Below are positions 51,221 to 61,926 of a stretch of 64,000 nt of DNA, one piece after another. Position numbers and translations under genes: made by a program. Source of the stretch: Candidatus Poribacteria bacterium (GTDB lineage Bacteria; Poribacteria; WGA-4E; WGA-3G); NCBI GenBank assembly GCA_964291315.2, contig OZ219750.1, positions 256,001 through 320,000 on the forward strand, read 5' to 3'. Each line of letters begins with the position of its first letter. Position 1 is the first letter of the stretch. The notes beneath the pieces are model-generated. The model was not told the DNA's origin. It did not search any database and was given only the letters and a program-made list of their open reading frames with translations.

Positions 51221-51922
51221 ATGTTTTGGGGTTTCTTTGACCCGATGTATTTCGTATTTCTTGCGCCGGGGCTTGCGTTGTCCCTATACGCGACGTTTCG
51301 TACAAAGTCAACATTCTCGAAATATTCAAAGGTTGGTTCACGGAGTGGATTGACAGGTGCGCAGGCTGCTCAGCTTATGCTTCAGAGACATGGGGTGACC
51401 GGTGTGCGAGTTGAGCGGTCACGTGGATTTTTAAGTGACCATTACGATCCGAAAGACAAGGCATTGCGCCTCTCCGAAGATGTCTATTCAAGCCAGTCGC
51501 TCTCGGCGATAGGGGTCGCTTGCCACGAAGCCGGGCATGCGATGCAGGACGCTCACGGGTATGCGATGTTAACCTTACGGAGCGCGCTCGTACCTGCGAC
51601 GAACTTCAGCTCAACTTTTGCATATATCGTCATGATAGGGGGTTTCTTTCTCCAGATGGCTGGTTTGATTCTGATAGGAGTCTGCCTCTTTTCAGTGGGT
51701 GTCGTTTTTTCGCTGATTACGCTCCCCGTTGAATGGGATGCGAGCAAACGCGCCAAGCTAGCGATAGACGAGGCGGGCATGCTCACGCCGGAAGAAAATC
51801 GAGGCGCAGGGAAAGTCCTCAATGCTGCGTTTTTGACGTACGTTGCGGCGGCGGTAACAAGTCTCCTAACACTGCTCTATTACCTGTTTCGCTTAGGGTT
51901 TTTAGGTGGCGGAGACGAGTGA
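51221..51922 (+). CDS. Membrane neutral zinc metallopeptidase (YugP-like)
   Basis: LSDHYDP, CHEAGHAMQ, ITLPVEWDAS, AAFLTYVAA; RBS GGAGGT before ATG 51221. Confidence 0.9.
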   Translation: MFWGFFDPMYFVFLAPGLALSLYATFRTKSTFSKYSKVGSRSGLTGAQAAQLMLQRHGVTGVRVERSRGFLSDHYDPKDKALRLSEDVYSSQSLSAIGVACHEAGHAMQDAHGYAMLTLRSALVPATNFSSTFAYIVMIGGFFLQMAGLILIGVCLFSVGVVFSLITLPVEWDASKRAKLAIDEAGMLTPEENRGAGKVLNAAFLTYVAAAVTSLLTLLYYLFRLGFLGGGDE

Positions 51923-52044
51923 AGTTGAGAGGCTGTCAATTATCGCTTACGATCCTGCTTGTAACAATTTTCCGCGACTTAAGAAACTCCGGAGCGTGGT
52001 GGATTGTTACGTGGAGGTTTTAACTGACGCTCGACGACTGACAA

Positions 52045-52476
52045 CTATTGGATTTTGCTGGCAATATCTACGCCGGGCCACTGGTCGTCTTGCTCTGTAA
52101 TATCGACCACGATTCCGTCTGGGTCTTCTACCTTGAAAGCGATTGAGGGCAACTCGTCTGAATTTGGATCGTAAGGTTTGCTGCCATCTAAACCTTCCCA
52201 AGTAATCTCAAAACCGAGGTCTTCACAACGTTGTGCTGCCTCTTTCAGATTCGGTACACGAACCCCGATGTGTAGGTAGTCCAGCATTCCGCCGACATGC
52301 TTTGGGCGTTCAGGCCCGCGGTGCTGAAAGACGCGGAAGTTGTGATAGCCGTCTGTGAGGTCGTAGCAGCCGTTTGTTGTTGAGAAGACACGTAATCCAA
52401 GGGCATCGCGCCAGAAGCGGATGCTTTTTTCTAAGTCCGTTGTGCGGACACCGATGTGTACAAGTGTTGTTGACAT
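52045..52476 (-). CDS. VOC/glyoxalase family protein
   Basis: HIGVRTTDLEKSIRFW, LHIGVRV, EDPDGIVVDI. Confidence 0.85.
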   Translation of the reverse strand: MSTTLVHIGVRTTDLEKSIRFWRDALGLRVFSTTNGCYDLTDGYHNFRVFQHRGPERPKHVGGMLDYLHIGVRVPNLKEAAQRCEDLGFEITWEGLDGSKPYDPNSDELPSIAFKVEDPDGIVVDITEQDDQWPGVDIASKIQ

Positions 52477-52529
52477 GGGAGATTATCCTTTTGTTGATGA
52501 GTCGCTCATTTGCGAGGCGTTCCGCAAAT

Positions 52530-52928
52530 TTATGAATCACAATTGGTTTCTCGTTCACGGTTATAACGAACCGTTGTCTTGATGAGCGGCGCGAGTTGCA
52601 TTACTTTGCCGAGTGAACCGATGATTCCAATCTCACGAGTTGTTAGCGCGCCCATGACGTTGAGTTCACCAGTCCAGAATCTATAGGCAACATCGCCCGT
52701 CATTGTGAGTTCAACATCCGGGTCAATATCTTCACAGATGCCACAATCGATTGTATATTTGCCATTTGATGCCGTTAGTGTCATTGTACAGTCGGGCTGG
52801 CTGTAGGTGAATCGAACGCTCAGTTTCAATGCTTTGAGGCCTTCTTGTATTTCTGGCAACGTGGCAACTTCTGCAAACAGTTCACCGATATAACTATAGA
52901 GTTGGTCAGATGATTCAAATATGGCCAT
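52530..52928 (-). CDS. SCP2 sterol/lipid-binding domain protein
   Basis: PDVELTMTGD...FWTGELNVMGAL...IIGSLGKVMQL SCP2 signature. Confidence 0.75.
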   Translation of the reverse strand: MAIFESSDQLYSYIGELFAEVATLPEIQEGLKALKLSVRFTYSQPDCTMTLTASNGKYTIDCGICEDIDPDVELTMTGDVAYRFWTGELNVMGALTTREIGIIGSLGKVMQLAPLIKTTVRYNRERETNCDS

Positions 52929-52960
52929 AAGTTTAAGCTATAACATAACATAATAACAGG

Positions 52961-53554
52961 TTGGAGGTCAAATTAAAAATCGAAATGAGTCCATTCAAAA
53001 CATTTACTGAACAGCATCCAAATGACGTACCTGTTGAAAGACGGTCAGTCGAAAGTATGCAAAATTACTTCGCTTCTCGGAGTATTACCTATGAGTCTCC
53101 AATCGGGCGTATCGGTATAGTCGCAGTGGATCAAGATCACATTTCACATCTTTTCTTTGGGTGTGACTTTCTATTCGATGAAGCCTCCGACCTTCGGGAT
53201 CGGTATCCGGTGTTAAGCTGTGTGACAGATCTGCTTGCCCGATATTTTGCTGGTAAGCCGTTTGATACTGCTACGCTCCCGATCCGGATGGAATCAGGAA
53301 CTCACTTCCAAAATGCTGTCTGGGCTGTCATTCGACAAATCCCTCATGGAGGGGTCCGCAGCTACAAGTGGATTGCAGAAAGGATAGGGAAACCGAGGGC
53401 TGTTCGGGCAGTCGGTGGTGCTGTTGGGGCGAATCCAGTTTCTATTCTTGTTCCGTGCCATCGGGTCATTAGAAGCGACGGAACATTGGGAGGCTACGGC
53501 GGTGGCATAGAGCAGAAACGTCAGTTGTTGGCTCTTGAAGGTTATCAATTGTAA
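52961..53554 (+). CDS. ogt: Methylated-DNA--protein-cysteine methyltransferase
   Basis: GTHFQ..VW, RAVGGA, PCHRV, GGYGGG; start uncertain. Confidence 0.9.
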   Translation: MEVKLKIEMSPFKTFTEQHPNDVPVERRSVESMQNYFASRSITYESPIGRIGIVAVDQDHISHLFFGCDFLFDEASDLRDRYPVLSCVTDLLARYFAGKPFDTATLPIRMESGTHFQNAVWAVIRQIPHGGVRSYKWIAERIGKPRAVRAVGGAVGANPVSILVPCHRVIRSDGTLGGYGGGIEQKRQLLALEGYQL

Positions 53555-53620
53555 ATTATAGGTGTTCTCTCATAGGCGCGTTAAAAGATTAGGATTGCGA
53601 GCTGGTTCTATAGGAGTTTC

Positions 53621-54817
53621 TTGATGACATCTCAGAGAGGTTTAGGTAAAACGACTCAGGCGATCCATGCGGGGGAAACGTCGGAGTCGGTGCTTTCTAA
53701 AAGTGGAGTCCCGCTGTTGCCGCCCATCTATCAGAACAGTACGTTTCGTTTCGCGACTGCTGCGGAATTTGCAGGAGCGTTTCAGGATGAAGCGAGTGGT
53801 TATGTCTACACCCGCTGGGGCAATCCGACGCAGGAGGTGTTAGAGGAAAAGCTGGCTGTCCTTGAAATGGGTGAATTGGCGCTTGCGACGGCCTCGGGGA
53901 TGGGGGCGGTCAGTGCAGCACTGCTCACTGCTTTAATGGATGGTGGACATGTGGTCGCTATAGATAATCTCTATTCTGCTACATTTCAAATTCTCAATGA
54001 AGACCTTCGGAGGTTCGGTGTTGAAACAACATTTGTTGATGCAACAGATCCTGTGCGGATTGAACGAGCGATCAGGCGGGATACAAAGGTTCTCTACCTA
54101 GAAAGTCCAACAAATCCGCTCTTGAAACTGGTTGACTTGCAAGAGGCTGCCGATATTGCAAAAGCACACGGGATAACCTCAATCATTGACAATACATTTT
54201 CAACGCCGTTTGGACAGCAACCGATTCAGCTGGGTATTGACGTTGTTGTTCATAGCATGACGAAGTATCTCAGTGGTAGTGGAGCGGTCATTGCTGGGGC
54301 GGTTATCGGAGAAAAGGCGTTTATTACGCGCGCGAAAGAAGGGGTTTTGCGCAACTTCGGGGCAGTCATCAGTCCGTTTAATGCGTGGTTGACGCTGCAG
54401 GGTATTCCGACGCTGTCGTTACGTTTTGCGCGGCACTGTGAAAATGCAGCGCGCCTCGCAGCGTTCCTTGAGTCTCATCCAGCGGTAGCATGGGTGCGCT
54501 ATCCCGGCTTGCTCAGCCATCCGCAACATGAACTCGCCAAACGCCAAATGGATGAATTTGGTGGCATGATAACATTGGAGCTCAAGGGTGGACGTGATGC
54601 CGGTGAAAACTTTGTAGATCGGCTTGAACTCTGTTCGCTTGCAGTCAGTTTAGGCGATGTGTGTACGCTTGTCTGCCATCCTGCCTCAACAACACATTCA
54701 CATGTGCCGGTGGAGATTCGCCAGCGCGCTGGTATTACAGACGGCCTTGTCAGAATTTCGGTCGGTCTCGAAGATGTCGAGGATATTTTGGCAGACGTGG
54801 AGCAAGCGTTAAATTAA
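53621..54817 (+). CDS. Cys/Met metabolism PLP enzyme (methionine gamma-lyase-like)
   Basis: YTRWGNPT, ASGM, ESPTNP, DNTF, HSMTKY, AVSLG, RISVGLE. Confidence 0.9.
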   Translation: MMTSQRGLGKTTQAIHAGETSESVLSKSGVPLLPPIYQNSTFRFATAAEFAGAFQDEASGYVYTRWGNPTQEVLEEKLAVLEMGELALATASGMGAVSAALLTALMDGGHVVAIDNLYSATFQILNEDLRRFGVETTFVDATDPVRIERAIRRDTKVLYLESPTNPLLKLVDLQEAADIAKAHGITSIIDNTFSTPFGQQPIQLGIDVVVHSMTKYLSGSGAVIAGAVIGEKAFITRAKEGVLRNFGAVISPFNAWLTLQGIPTLSLRFARHCENAARLAAFLESHPAVAWVRYPGLLSHPQHELAKRQMDEFGGMITLELKGGRDAGENFVDRLELCSLAVSLGDVCTLVCHPASTTHSHVPVEIRQRAGITDGLVRISVGLEDVEDILADVEQALN

Positions 54818-54870
54818 GTACCTGAGATCCTTAAGCTGTAAATAGAATTCTCGCTTGCGTTGCTTTGGGG

Positions 54871-56106
54871 TCATCGATCGAAATTTAAGTTCTGAATATA
54901 GTTTTCGCTGATGCTATTTGAAGGGTGCGATCCCTCTTTATGTGGTTCTGGAAATTCTGTGAACAGCTTCTGATATGCTGCGATGGCTAACTCCGTATCG
55001 CCGTTGTCCTCATAAATTTTGCCGACCGAATATTGTGCTGCCCGGCGGGTATCGTAATCATATGTAATGTTATCAGCAACCTTCTGGTATGCCTCAATGG
55101 CACTCGCCATATCCTTATTAGCGTAAGCGATCTGCCCGATATAGATTTGTGAGTTCGTGGCATTTTCATTGCGTGGATATAAATCAATTGCTGTTTCTAG
55201 CTGTGCAATGGCCTCATCGTATTTCCCGAGTCTTTCATAAGCCCAGCCCATATAGAAGTAGGCATCTTGTCCGGCTTTTGAATTTGGGTACAAGTCAATA
55301 ACTGTCTGATAAGATGCTACTGCCTCTTCATATTTGCCTTCTGCAAGATATGACTGTGCAATGCCGAAATTCGCAAGCGGTCCTAAGCTAGGATCTCCTG
55401 AGTCGACAACATTTTTGAATTCCACTCGCGCTTTTTCGTAGTCTTGCTTCTTCAGGTAAATTTCCCCGCTAACGTACAGTATCTGGTATAGCAGTGGATT
55501 ATCCCTGAAAGGTTCTCGTAGGGCGTCTAAGTGTGCCATGGCAATATTCAGCTCGCCCTTTCCGTAGTAGCACATCGCTGTGTTAAATTGTGCTTGTTCT
55601 GACAGTTCGCTCCCCGGATATGATGCAATTAATTGATTGTAAAGTGTGAGTGCTCGGTCGTAGTATGCTGTAAGCGATTCAAGTGTTCCTGTCTTCTTCA
55701 GGTCCTCCGCAATCTGGTAAGACGCAAAGGCTATTGCATACATCGAGTCGTCTGCCCACTCGCTGTCTGGATAATTGTTGATGAGTCGGCGAAACAGGGC
55801 AAAAGCCTCTTCATCTGTGCGTGGAATACGCGAGGCAAGTTGGTAGATGGCATCATCTGCCCATAGACTATCGGGGTACTCCTCAAAAACCTCACGATAT
55901 GCGGCTCGGACTTCCCGTAACCGTTTTTTGTCCGGTTCATCTAATGTTATCGGTGGATTATCGATTGACTGTGCTGCTGTCCATGCCTTATCGGCGTTGT
56001 CGTAATAGTGGGTGTAACTGGTGCTGTTGTTTGTGGCGCGTCCCAACCAGAACCCACCAGCAAGTGCGACAATAATGCATATCTCTGCAATGATAAACTG
56101 CTTCAT
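54871..56106 (-). CDS. Membrane-anchored TPR protein (BamD/CpoB-like repeats)
   Basis: N-terminal transmembrane helix and repeated YP-S-WADD TPR units; RBS GAGGAG before ATG 56106. Confidence 0.82.
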   Translation of the reverse strand: MKQFIIAEICIIVALAGGFWLGRATNNSTSYTHYYDNADKAWTAAQSIDNPPITLDEPDKKRLREVRAAYREVFEEYPDSLWADDAIYQLASRIPRTDEEAFALFRRLINNYPDSEWADDSMYAIAFASYQIAEDLKKTGTLESLTAYYDRALTLYNQLIASYPGSELSEQAQFNTAMCYYGKGELNIAMAHLDALREPFRDNPLLYQILYVSGEIYLKKQDYEKARVEFKNVVDSGDPSLGPLANFGIAQSYLAEGKYEEAVASYQTVIDLYPNSKAGQDAYFYMGWAYERLGKYDEAIAQLETAIDLYPRNENATNSQIYIGQIAYANKDMASAIEAYQKVADNITYDYDTRRAAQYSVGKIYEDNGDTELAIAAYQKLFTEFPEPHKEGSHPSNSISENYIQNLNFDR

Positions 56107-56342
56107 TTTTATTCTCCTCGACAAGTATTTATTCTGATTTATGTTAACAAGGTTTTTGAAATATGTCAAGTGCTGTTTAGTGTGGAAAACTTTATGCCGA
56201 AGAGTGCTAAAATTTGCACCGAATTTCTCTAAGTTGAGTGTCAAATAGTCAAAGTCTTTTTTTAGGGACGGATGCCGGACTCCGATTCTCAACTAATGAG
56301 TGATCGACGGTAAGCGGAAACTAAATATCCATATAATTCCTC

Positions 56343-56371
56343 TTGACAATATAGGAACGGTTTGATAGAAT
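56343..56371 (+). promoter_or_regulatory. Sigma70-type promoter for the ABC operon
   Basis: TTGACA - 17 bp - TAGAAT. Confidence 0.65.
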
Positions 56372-56522
56372 GTATAAAAGTATGTCAGCTGCTCATTTTT
56401 ACTATGCAGAGGGCGAAATGACATCTTGATAAAATTGTTGGCCGTTATAACAGACATGAATTTAAGGTGCTTTCCGAAAAAATGCCCATTGGATATGGAG
56501 CATACAAAAAGAGAGGTTTTTT

Positions 56523-57539
56523 GTGCACAAATTTTGGTTTCGCGTTTCCGCATTCGTTTTGGCGGTTTCCTTATTAACTCCTCTTCTTGCAAGAAGCGAA
56601 GAGGGGGTTCTAGACAGAGTTAAAAATAGAGGGAGATTGATTTGTGGGGTAAATGGTAGCTTACCCGGCTTCGGTTTTCTCAATGAAGATGGTGAATGGA
56701 CAGGTTTTGATGTAGATTACGGTAGGGCGATTGCTGCCGCTGTTCTCGGGGATCCGAGCAAAGTTGAATTTGTTCCACTCAAAGCCCCTGAGCGGTTTCC
56801 TGCCTTGCAGACGGGTGAAATAGATGTCCTCATCCGAAATACAACGTGGACACTTACCCGTGATACCCAAGTAGGTGCGGATTTTGCTCCCCCGACCTTT
56901 TACGATGGTCAAGGGTTTATGCTACGCAAAGAATTGGGCATCACCTCTCTAGAAGAGTTACAAGGTGCAAGCATTGGTGTGACTGCTGGGAGTACCACCG
57001 AGCTAAATTTGACAGACACCATGCGGGCTTTAGGTGTTGATTTCAAACCTGTCGTCTTTGAAGAAATTGACACTCTCTACAGCAGTTATGAACAGGGGCG
57101 CTGTGATGTTGTAACCTCTGATAAATCTCAATTAGTTGCTCGCCGTCAAGTTCTCAAAGACCCACAAGCGCATGTGATAATGGAGGCAACAATCTCCAAG
57201 GAACCTTTGGGGCCTGTCACTGTACACGGCGATAACAAATGGAACGATGTCGTAAGTTGGGTGGTTTACGCTACCTTCTTTGCCGAAGAGCACGGTATTA
57301 CGCAAGCGAAGGCTAGTAATTTTGAAACGCAGAACCCTGAAATCCAGCGTTTCTTAGGTAAAACCGGCGATATAGGGGAAAAGCTTGGTCTCTCCAAAGC
57401 GTGGGCACAGCAGGTCGTTGTCGCTGTTGGCAATTATGGTGAAATTTTTGAGCGTAACCTCACACCGCTTGGTCTCCCGCGCGGGGTCAATAAACCTTGG
57501 ACGCAAGGTGGGCTTCTCTATGCAATGCCGTTTCGTTAA
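56523..57539 (+). CDS. aapJ: General L-amino acid ABC transporter substrate-binding protein
   Basis: GFDVD, RNTTWT, FYDGQ, ISKEPLGP, VGNYGEIFERN. Confidence 0.88.
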   Translation: MHKFWFRVSAFVLAVSLLTPLLARSEEGVLDRVKNRGRLICGVNGSLPGFGFLNEDGEWTGFDVDYGRAIAAAVLGDPSKVEFVPLKAPERFPALQTGEIDVLIRNTTWTLTRDTQVGADFAPPTFYDGQGFMLRKELGITSLEELQGASIGVTAGSTTELNLTDTMRALGVDFKPVVFEEIDTLYSSYEQGRCDVVTSDKSQLVARRQVLKDPQAHVIMEATISKEPLGPVTVHGDNKWNDVVSWVVYATFFAEEHGITQAKASNFETQNPEIQRFLGKTGDIGEKLGLSKAWAQQVVVAVGNYGEIFERNLTPLGLPRGVNKPWTQGGLLYAMPFR

Positions 57540-57685
57540 AGGGAACACGATCTATAGGACAGCCTGAGATAAGTGCTTCAGTTGTCAGCTGTAGTCTTTC
57601 GGTATAGAGCGATTTGTGGGAATTAAAAACGTTGTCGCTTACCACAGGATCTGCTAACAGCTGGTGGCTATTTTGCTGACAATTG

Positions 57686-58870
57686 ATGGCATCAAAAAAA
57701 ATGGCACAGAATTCTACGACAATCCGCTTCTGGCGAGATGTTCGCGTCCTACGCGTGCTGCTTCAAGTCCTTTTTCTCATAGGTGTTCTGCTGTTAGCGG
57801 CCATCCTCTACACAAATATGATCAGGGGATTGGACAACCTGGGTCTAACGCTTGGCTTCGATTTTCTGAAGAACGAAGCCGGTTTTGATATTTCCGAAGG
57901 CATTGAGTACACCCCTTCAGACACATATCTCAAGGCGTTTTGGGTAGGAGTGGTGAACACCCTAAAGGTGAGTCTTATAGGAATTGTATGCGCGACAATT
58001 CTAGGGCTCATTGTTGGTATTGCTCGCCTTTCCAGCAATTGGTTAGTCCGAACTGTAGCTGCGATTTACGTTGAGTGTTTCCGAAATATTCCGCTCTTGC
58101 TCCAGATACTGTTTTGGTATACTGCCGTAATTCTTCAATTGCCGAGGGTTGGGGACAGCGTTTCGTTATTTGGGGGTGTTTTCATTAACCAACGCGGGTT
58201 CTACTTTCCTGCCCCCGAACCTACTTCCGGTTTGAAAACGTGGGTTTTTTTTCTTCTTGCGGGTTTTATCTTAGCAGTGGTTCTCTATGTGGTACGTGCA
58301 AGGGATCTTCGCCGGTTGGAGCTTCCCGGATTCCGTGCGAAGTGGGCACTGCCAGCGTTTGTAATTGTCGCGCTGCTCGGATGGTTTCTGACACCGGAGA
58401 AGCCGTTCAGACTCGATCAACCTGTTTTAAGAGGTTTTAACTTCGTTGGTGGCCTGAGTTTGTCGCCTGAGTTCTCTGCGCTTTTAATCGGTCTTTCTGT
58501 TTATACGGGGGCATTTATCGCCGAAATCGTGAGGAGCGGTATACAAGCCGTTGTAAAAGGGCAGCGGGAAGCTGCGAGATCCATTGGGTTGAGCGAGGCA
58601 CAAACGCTGCAGCTCATCGTTTTACCGCAAGCTGTCCCGATCATCGTGCCCCCGCTGACAAGTCAGTACCTCAACCTGGCCAAAAATTCAAGCTTGGCTA
58701 TTGCCATCGGTTTTCCCGATGTATTCAGCCTTGGCAATACGATGATGCTCCAAACAGGGCAATCTATACCTGTATTCGCGATGATTATGGTAAGTTACTT
58801 GATTATGAGTTTAACAACGTCTGCAGGTATGAATTGGTACAACCGCTGGATTAACCGCATTGGGCGCTGA
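57686..58870 (+). CDS. aapQ: General L-amino acid ABC transporter permease
   Basis: AGFDISE, FRNIPLLLQ, AFIAEIVRSGI, SQYLNLAKNSSLA. Confidence 0.88.
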   Translation: MASKKMAQNSTTIRFWRDVRVLRVLLQVLFLIGVLLLAAILYTNMIRGLDNLGLTLGFDFLKNEAGFDISEGIEYTPSDTYLKAFWVGVVNTLKVSLIGIVCATILGLIVGIARLSSNWLVRTVAAIYVECFRNIPLLLQILFWYTAVILQLPRVGDSVSLFGGVFINQRGFYFPAPEPTSGLKTWVFFLLAGFILAVVLYVVRARDLRRLELPGFRAKWALPAFVIVALLGWFLTPEKPFRLDQPVLRGFNFVGGLSLSPEFSALLIGLSVYTGAFIAEIVRSGIQAVVKGQREAARSIGLSEAQTLQLIVLPQAVPIIVPPLTSQYLNLAKNSSLAIAIGFPDVFSLGNTMMLQTGQSIPVFAMIMVSYLIMSLTTSAGMNWYNRWINRIGR

Positions 58871-58881
58871 AAATCTAACAC

Positions 58882-60111
58882 ATGAGAGGAACGTCAAAAG
58901 TGGCTGAGTCAGAGTTGTCAGAAGAGATTAAACCTCCGCAAAATACGACAAGCGTTTTGCTTTGGCTTAAAGAAAACCTTTTTAGCACATGGTATAATAC
59001 CCTTTTGAGTCTCATTGTCTTGGGCTTTGTGTACTTTGTTTTAAAGGAGGGTTTAACGTGGGCATTCACAGATGCCAAGTGGGGCGTTATCCCCGCGAAT
59101 TTGCAACTTTTTGCAATCGGTGCTTATCCAAAAGCGGAAATATGGCGAGTATGGCTCGTTCTTTATACCGTGTGCACCCTTGCAGGTTTGAGTGGTGGAA
59201 TTTGGGGCGGACTCACCCTCAGGTTTGCTGTTGGTATCGGAGCGGTCGGAATCATATTGGCTGTTTTGCCCATTGATATATCAACCTTAGGTTTGTCAAC
59301 ACGGGGATGGTTCCTCGGGGGTGCTGTCTCGCTTGCATCGTGTCTCTTTCTTGGGAGCCGTGGTCGAGGTTTGTTTCCGAAAGTACGCCAGTGGGTCATC
59401 GCTGGATGGCTCCTCTCTTTTCCTTGGACCCTGATAATGTTGCGCGGTTTTGGTGAGAATACTGTGCTTACGACGAATTGGGGTGGGTTGCTTCTGACGC
59501 TAATTCTCGCAGCTGTGGGTATCTGTTTCTGTTTTCCGTTGGGTGTCCTTCTAGCGCTGGGGCGGCGGAGCACTTTACCTGCGGTCAAATGGGTTTCGAC
59601 GGCTTATATTGAGACGATTCGGGGTGTGCCGTTAATCACTATTCTGTTTATGGCGCAAGTTGTGATCCCAATTTTCATGCCCGACAATATTCGTCTTGAT
59701 AAAGTTTTACGTGCGATGCTCGGTATAACGCTTTTCTCCGCTGCTTACATGGCGGAGAACGTTCGAGGCGGCCTTCAATCGATTCCGAGGGGGCAATATG
59801 AAGCTGCACAAGCACTCGGTCTCAACTATCCGCGAATGATGTTTTTTATTGTTTTGCCGCAAGCACTCCGATCGGTTATTCCGGCGATTGTAGGCCAATT
59901 CATAGCTCTCTTCAAGGATACGTCTCTTGTTGCCATCGTCGGACTCCTAGACCTGTTGGGTATAGCGAAAAGCGTTATTGCAAACCCAGATTGGCTTGGA
60001 TTGCAAGCCGAAGTATATATCTTTATTGCGGCGATCTATTTTGTTTTCAGCTATTCAATGTCGTATGTCAGTCAAAAAGTTGAAGAGTCCCTCGGTATTG
60101 GGAAAATTTGA
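58882..60111 (+). CDS. aapM: General L-amino acid ABC transporter permease
   Basis: WLKENLFS, WGGLLLT, RGVPLIT, AENVRGGLQ, FKDTSLV. Confidence 0.88.
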   Translation: MRGTSKVAESELSEEIKPPQNTTSVLLWLKENLFSTWYNTLLSLIVLGFVYFVLKEGLTWAFTDAKWGVIPANLQLFAIGAYPKAEIWRVWLVLYTVCTLAGLSGGIWGGLTLRFAVGIGAVGIILAVLPIDISTLGLSTRGWFLGGAVSLASCLFLGSRGRGLFPKVRQWVIAGWLLSFPWTLIMLRGFGENTVLTTNWGGLLLTLILAAVGICFCFPLGVLLALGRRSTLPAVKWVSTAYIETIRGVPLITILFMAQVVIPIFMPDNIRLDKVLRAMLGITLFSAAYMAENVRGGLQSIPRGQYEAAQALGLNYPRMMFFIVLPQALRSVIPAIVGQFIALFKDTSLVAIVGLLDLLGIAKSVIANPDWLGLQAEVYIFIAAIYFVFSYSMSYVSQKVEESLGIGKI

Positions 60112-60194
60112 GCGTTGTGCTGATTCGGCAGGTGGTAGTGGCAAAGCCTGTTAACCGTGAAACGCAAACATCGATCTAAAGGGAATATAACACA

Positions 60195-60956
60195 GTGGAA
60201 AGTTTTGAAAATGCGATGCAGGATCCTATCATTGTTTGTGAAGGCGTACATAAGTGGTTTGACGAGTTTCATGTACTCAAAGGGGTTACGACCTCGTTTC
60301 AAAAAGGCGAGCGTGCAGTAATATGTGGTCCTTCTGGATCAGGTAAATCCACGTTCATCAGGACATTGAACCGCCTTGAGGAACATCAGCGCGGCAGAAT
60401 TGTGGTTGATGGGATTGAACTTACCAACGATCTTCGTAATATTGATCTTATTCGTCGAGAAGTCGGCATGGTGTTTCAGCAGTTTAATTTGTTTCCGCAC
60501 CTGACGAATCTACAGAATATAACGTTGGGGCCTATCCGTGTGAGGAAGCTAGCGAAAAGTGAGGCGGAGTCTTTAGCTTTAGCACTCTTGGAGCGTGTGG
60601 ATATTGCTGATCAAGCGTACAAGTATCCGGCAGAGATTTCGGGCGGGCAACAGCAGCGGGTCGCCATTGCGAGAGCGTTGGCTATGGAACCGAAGATTAT
60701 GCTGTTCGACGAACCAACTAGCGCACTTGACCCAGAGATGATTACGGAGGTGCTGGATGTGATGCGTGAGTTGGCACACTCCGGCATGACTATGCTTGTT
60801 GTTACGCATGAGATGGGCTTCGCGCGGGAAGTCGCCGATCGGATCCTATTTTTTGATGAGGGACTGATTGTTGAAGAAGCGGCCCCCGCAAATTTCTTTG
60901 ATAACCCACAGCACGAACGGACGAAACTTTTCATTTCACAAACGCTACAACATTAG
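60195..60956 (+). CDS. aapP: Amino acid ABC transporter ATP-binding protein
   Basis: [35 protein letters not shown]. Confidence 0.9.
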   Translation: MESFENAMQDPIIVCEGVHKWFDEFHVLKGVTTSFQKGERAVICGPSGSGKSTFIRTLNRLEEHQRGRIVVDGIELTNDLRNIDLIRREVGMVFQQFNLFPHLTNLQNITLGPIRVRKLAKSEAESLALALLERVDIADQAYKYPAEISGGQQQRVAIARALAMEPKIMLFDEPTSALDPEMITEVLDVMRELAHSGMTMLVVTHEMGFAREVADRILFFDEGLIVEEAAPANFFDNPQHERTKLFISQTLQH

Positions 60957-60988
60957 AGACCTATACGAGAAAGATGTAAGATAAAAGA

Positions 60989-61747
60989 ATGCGGTTGAAT
61001 AATAAAATTGCTGTTGTCACAGGAGGCGGGCGCGGTATCGGCAGAGCAGCGGCACTCCGGTTTGCTCAAGAGGGAGCCAAAGTTGTTGTTGATGACGTGG
61101 ACGATAGCGCGGGAACGTCGACGGTTTCCGCTATAACAGGTGCAGGCGGTGAAGCACTGTTTGTTAACGCTGATGTTGCCGACCCTGACGATGCAGAAAG
61201 ACTGGCTGCTGAGGCGGTCGATGCTTACGGCACGGTTGACATCCTTGTGAATAATGCTATCTGTTCTACAGCCGATGTACTCAACAATAACTGGGAGGCA
61301 AACCTCGCTGTTGCTCTTCGAGGAACCAGCCACTGTTCCAATGCCGTTATTCCGGTGATGCAAGAGGGCGGAGGAGGTAGTATTGTTAACGTCGCCTCAG
61401 TCAACGGACTTGTCGGATTACAGGCGATTCATGCCTACTCTGCTGCAAAAGGTGGTGTCATCGCACTGACCCGATCCATGGCAGTTGTACACGGTAAAGA
61501 CAACGTTCGTATCAACTGTATATGCCCCGGGACAATTCAGACTGAGGTTTGGGAACCGATGCTTGAACGTAACCCGCAGATCCTAGATGAACTCACATTT
61601 TGGTACCCGTTAGGACGGATTGGACAACCCGTCGATATTGCGAATGCTGCACTCTTTCTGGCATCTGATGAAGCGGGTTTTGCAACGGGGGCGGTCTTTG
61701 TCATTGATGGCGGCTTGACAGCTGGCAATCACCAGTTCCCGATTTGA
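60989..61747 (+). CDS. SDR family oxidoreductase
   Basis: TGGGRGIG, LVNNA, YSAAK, ICPG. Confidence 0.92.
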   Translation: MRLNNKIAVVTGGGRGIGRAAALRFAQEGAKVVVDDVDDSAGTSTVSAITGAGGEALFVNADVADPDDAERLAAEAVDAYGTVDILVNNAICSTADVLNNNWEANLAVALRGTSHCSNAVIPVMQEGGGGSIVNVASVNGLVGLQAIHAYSAAKGGVIALTRSMAVVHGKDNVRINCICPGTIQTEVWEPMLERNPQILDELTFWYPLGRIGQPVDIANAALFLASDEAGFATGAVFVIDGGLTAGNHQFPI

Positions 61748-61879
61748 AGATCAAAGAAATTACGGCAGATATGCTGAAACAAGAGATTGACCTCTGTTCT
61801 TATACGATATGAAATTGAAGGATACCGTCTCTATACGATAAGCTGCAAGTCCTATGCAAAAAAGATGATAATCCTATAT

Positions 61880-61926
61880 CTCACACATGAAGACAAAAAG
61901 GATGTATCTATATGTCAAAGAAAAGT
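61880..61926 (+). repeat. Direct repeat copy 1 (mod leader and start codon)
   Basis: 42 of 47 positions identical to 63954-64000. Confidence 0.9.

Noticed and set aside
61748-61830. KEITADMLKQEIDL resembling a Type IIG C-terminal tail
   Set aside because: Too short and too weak to call as a remnant.
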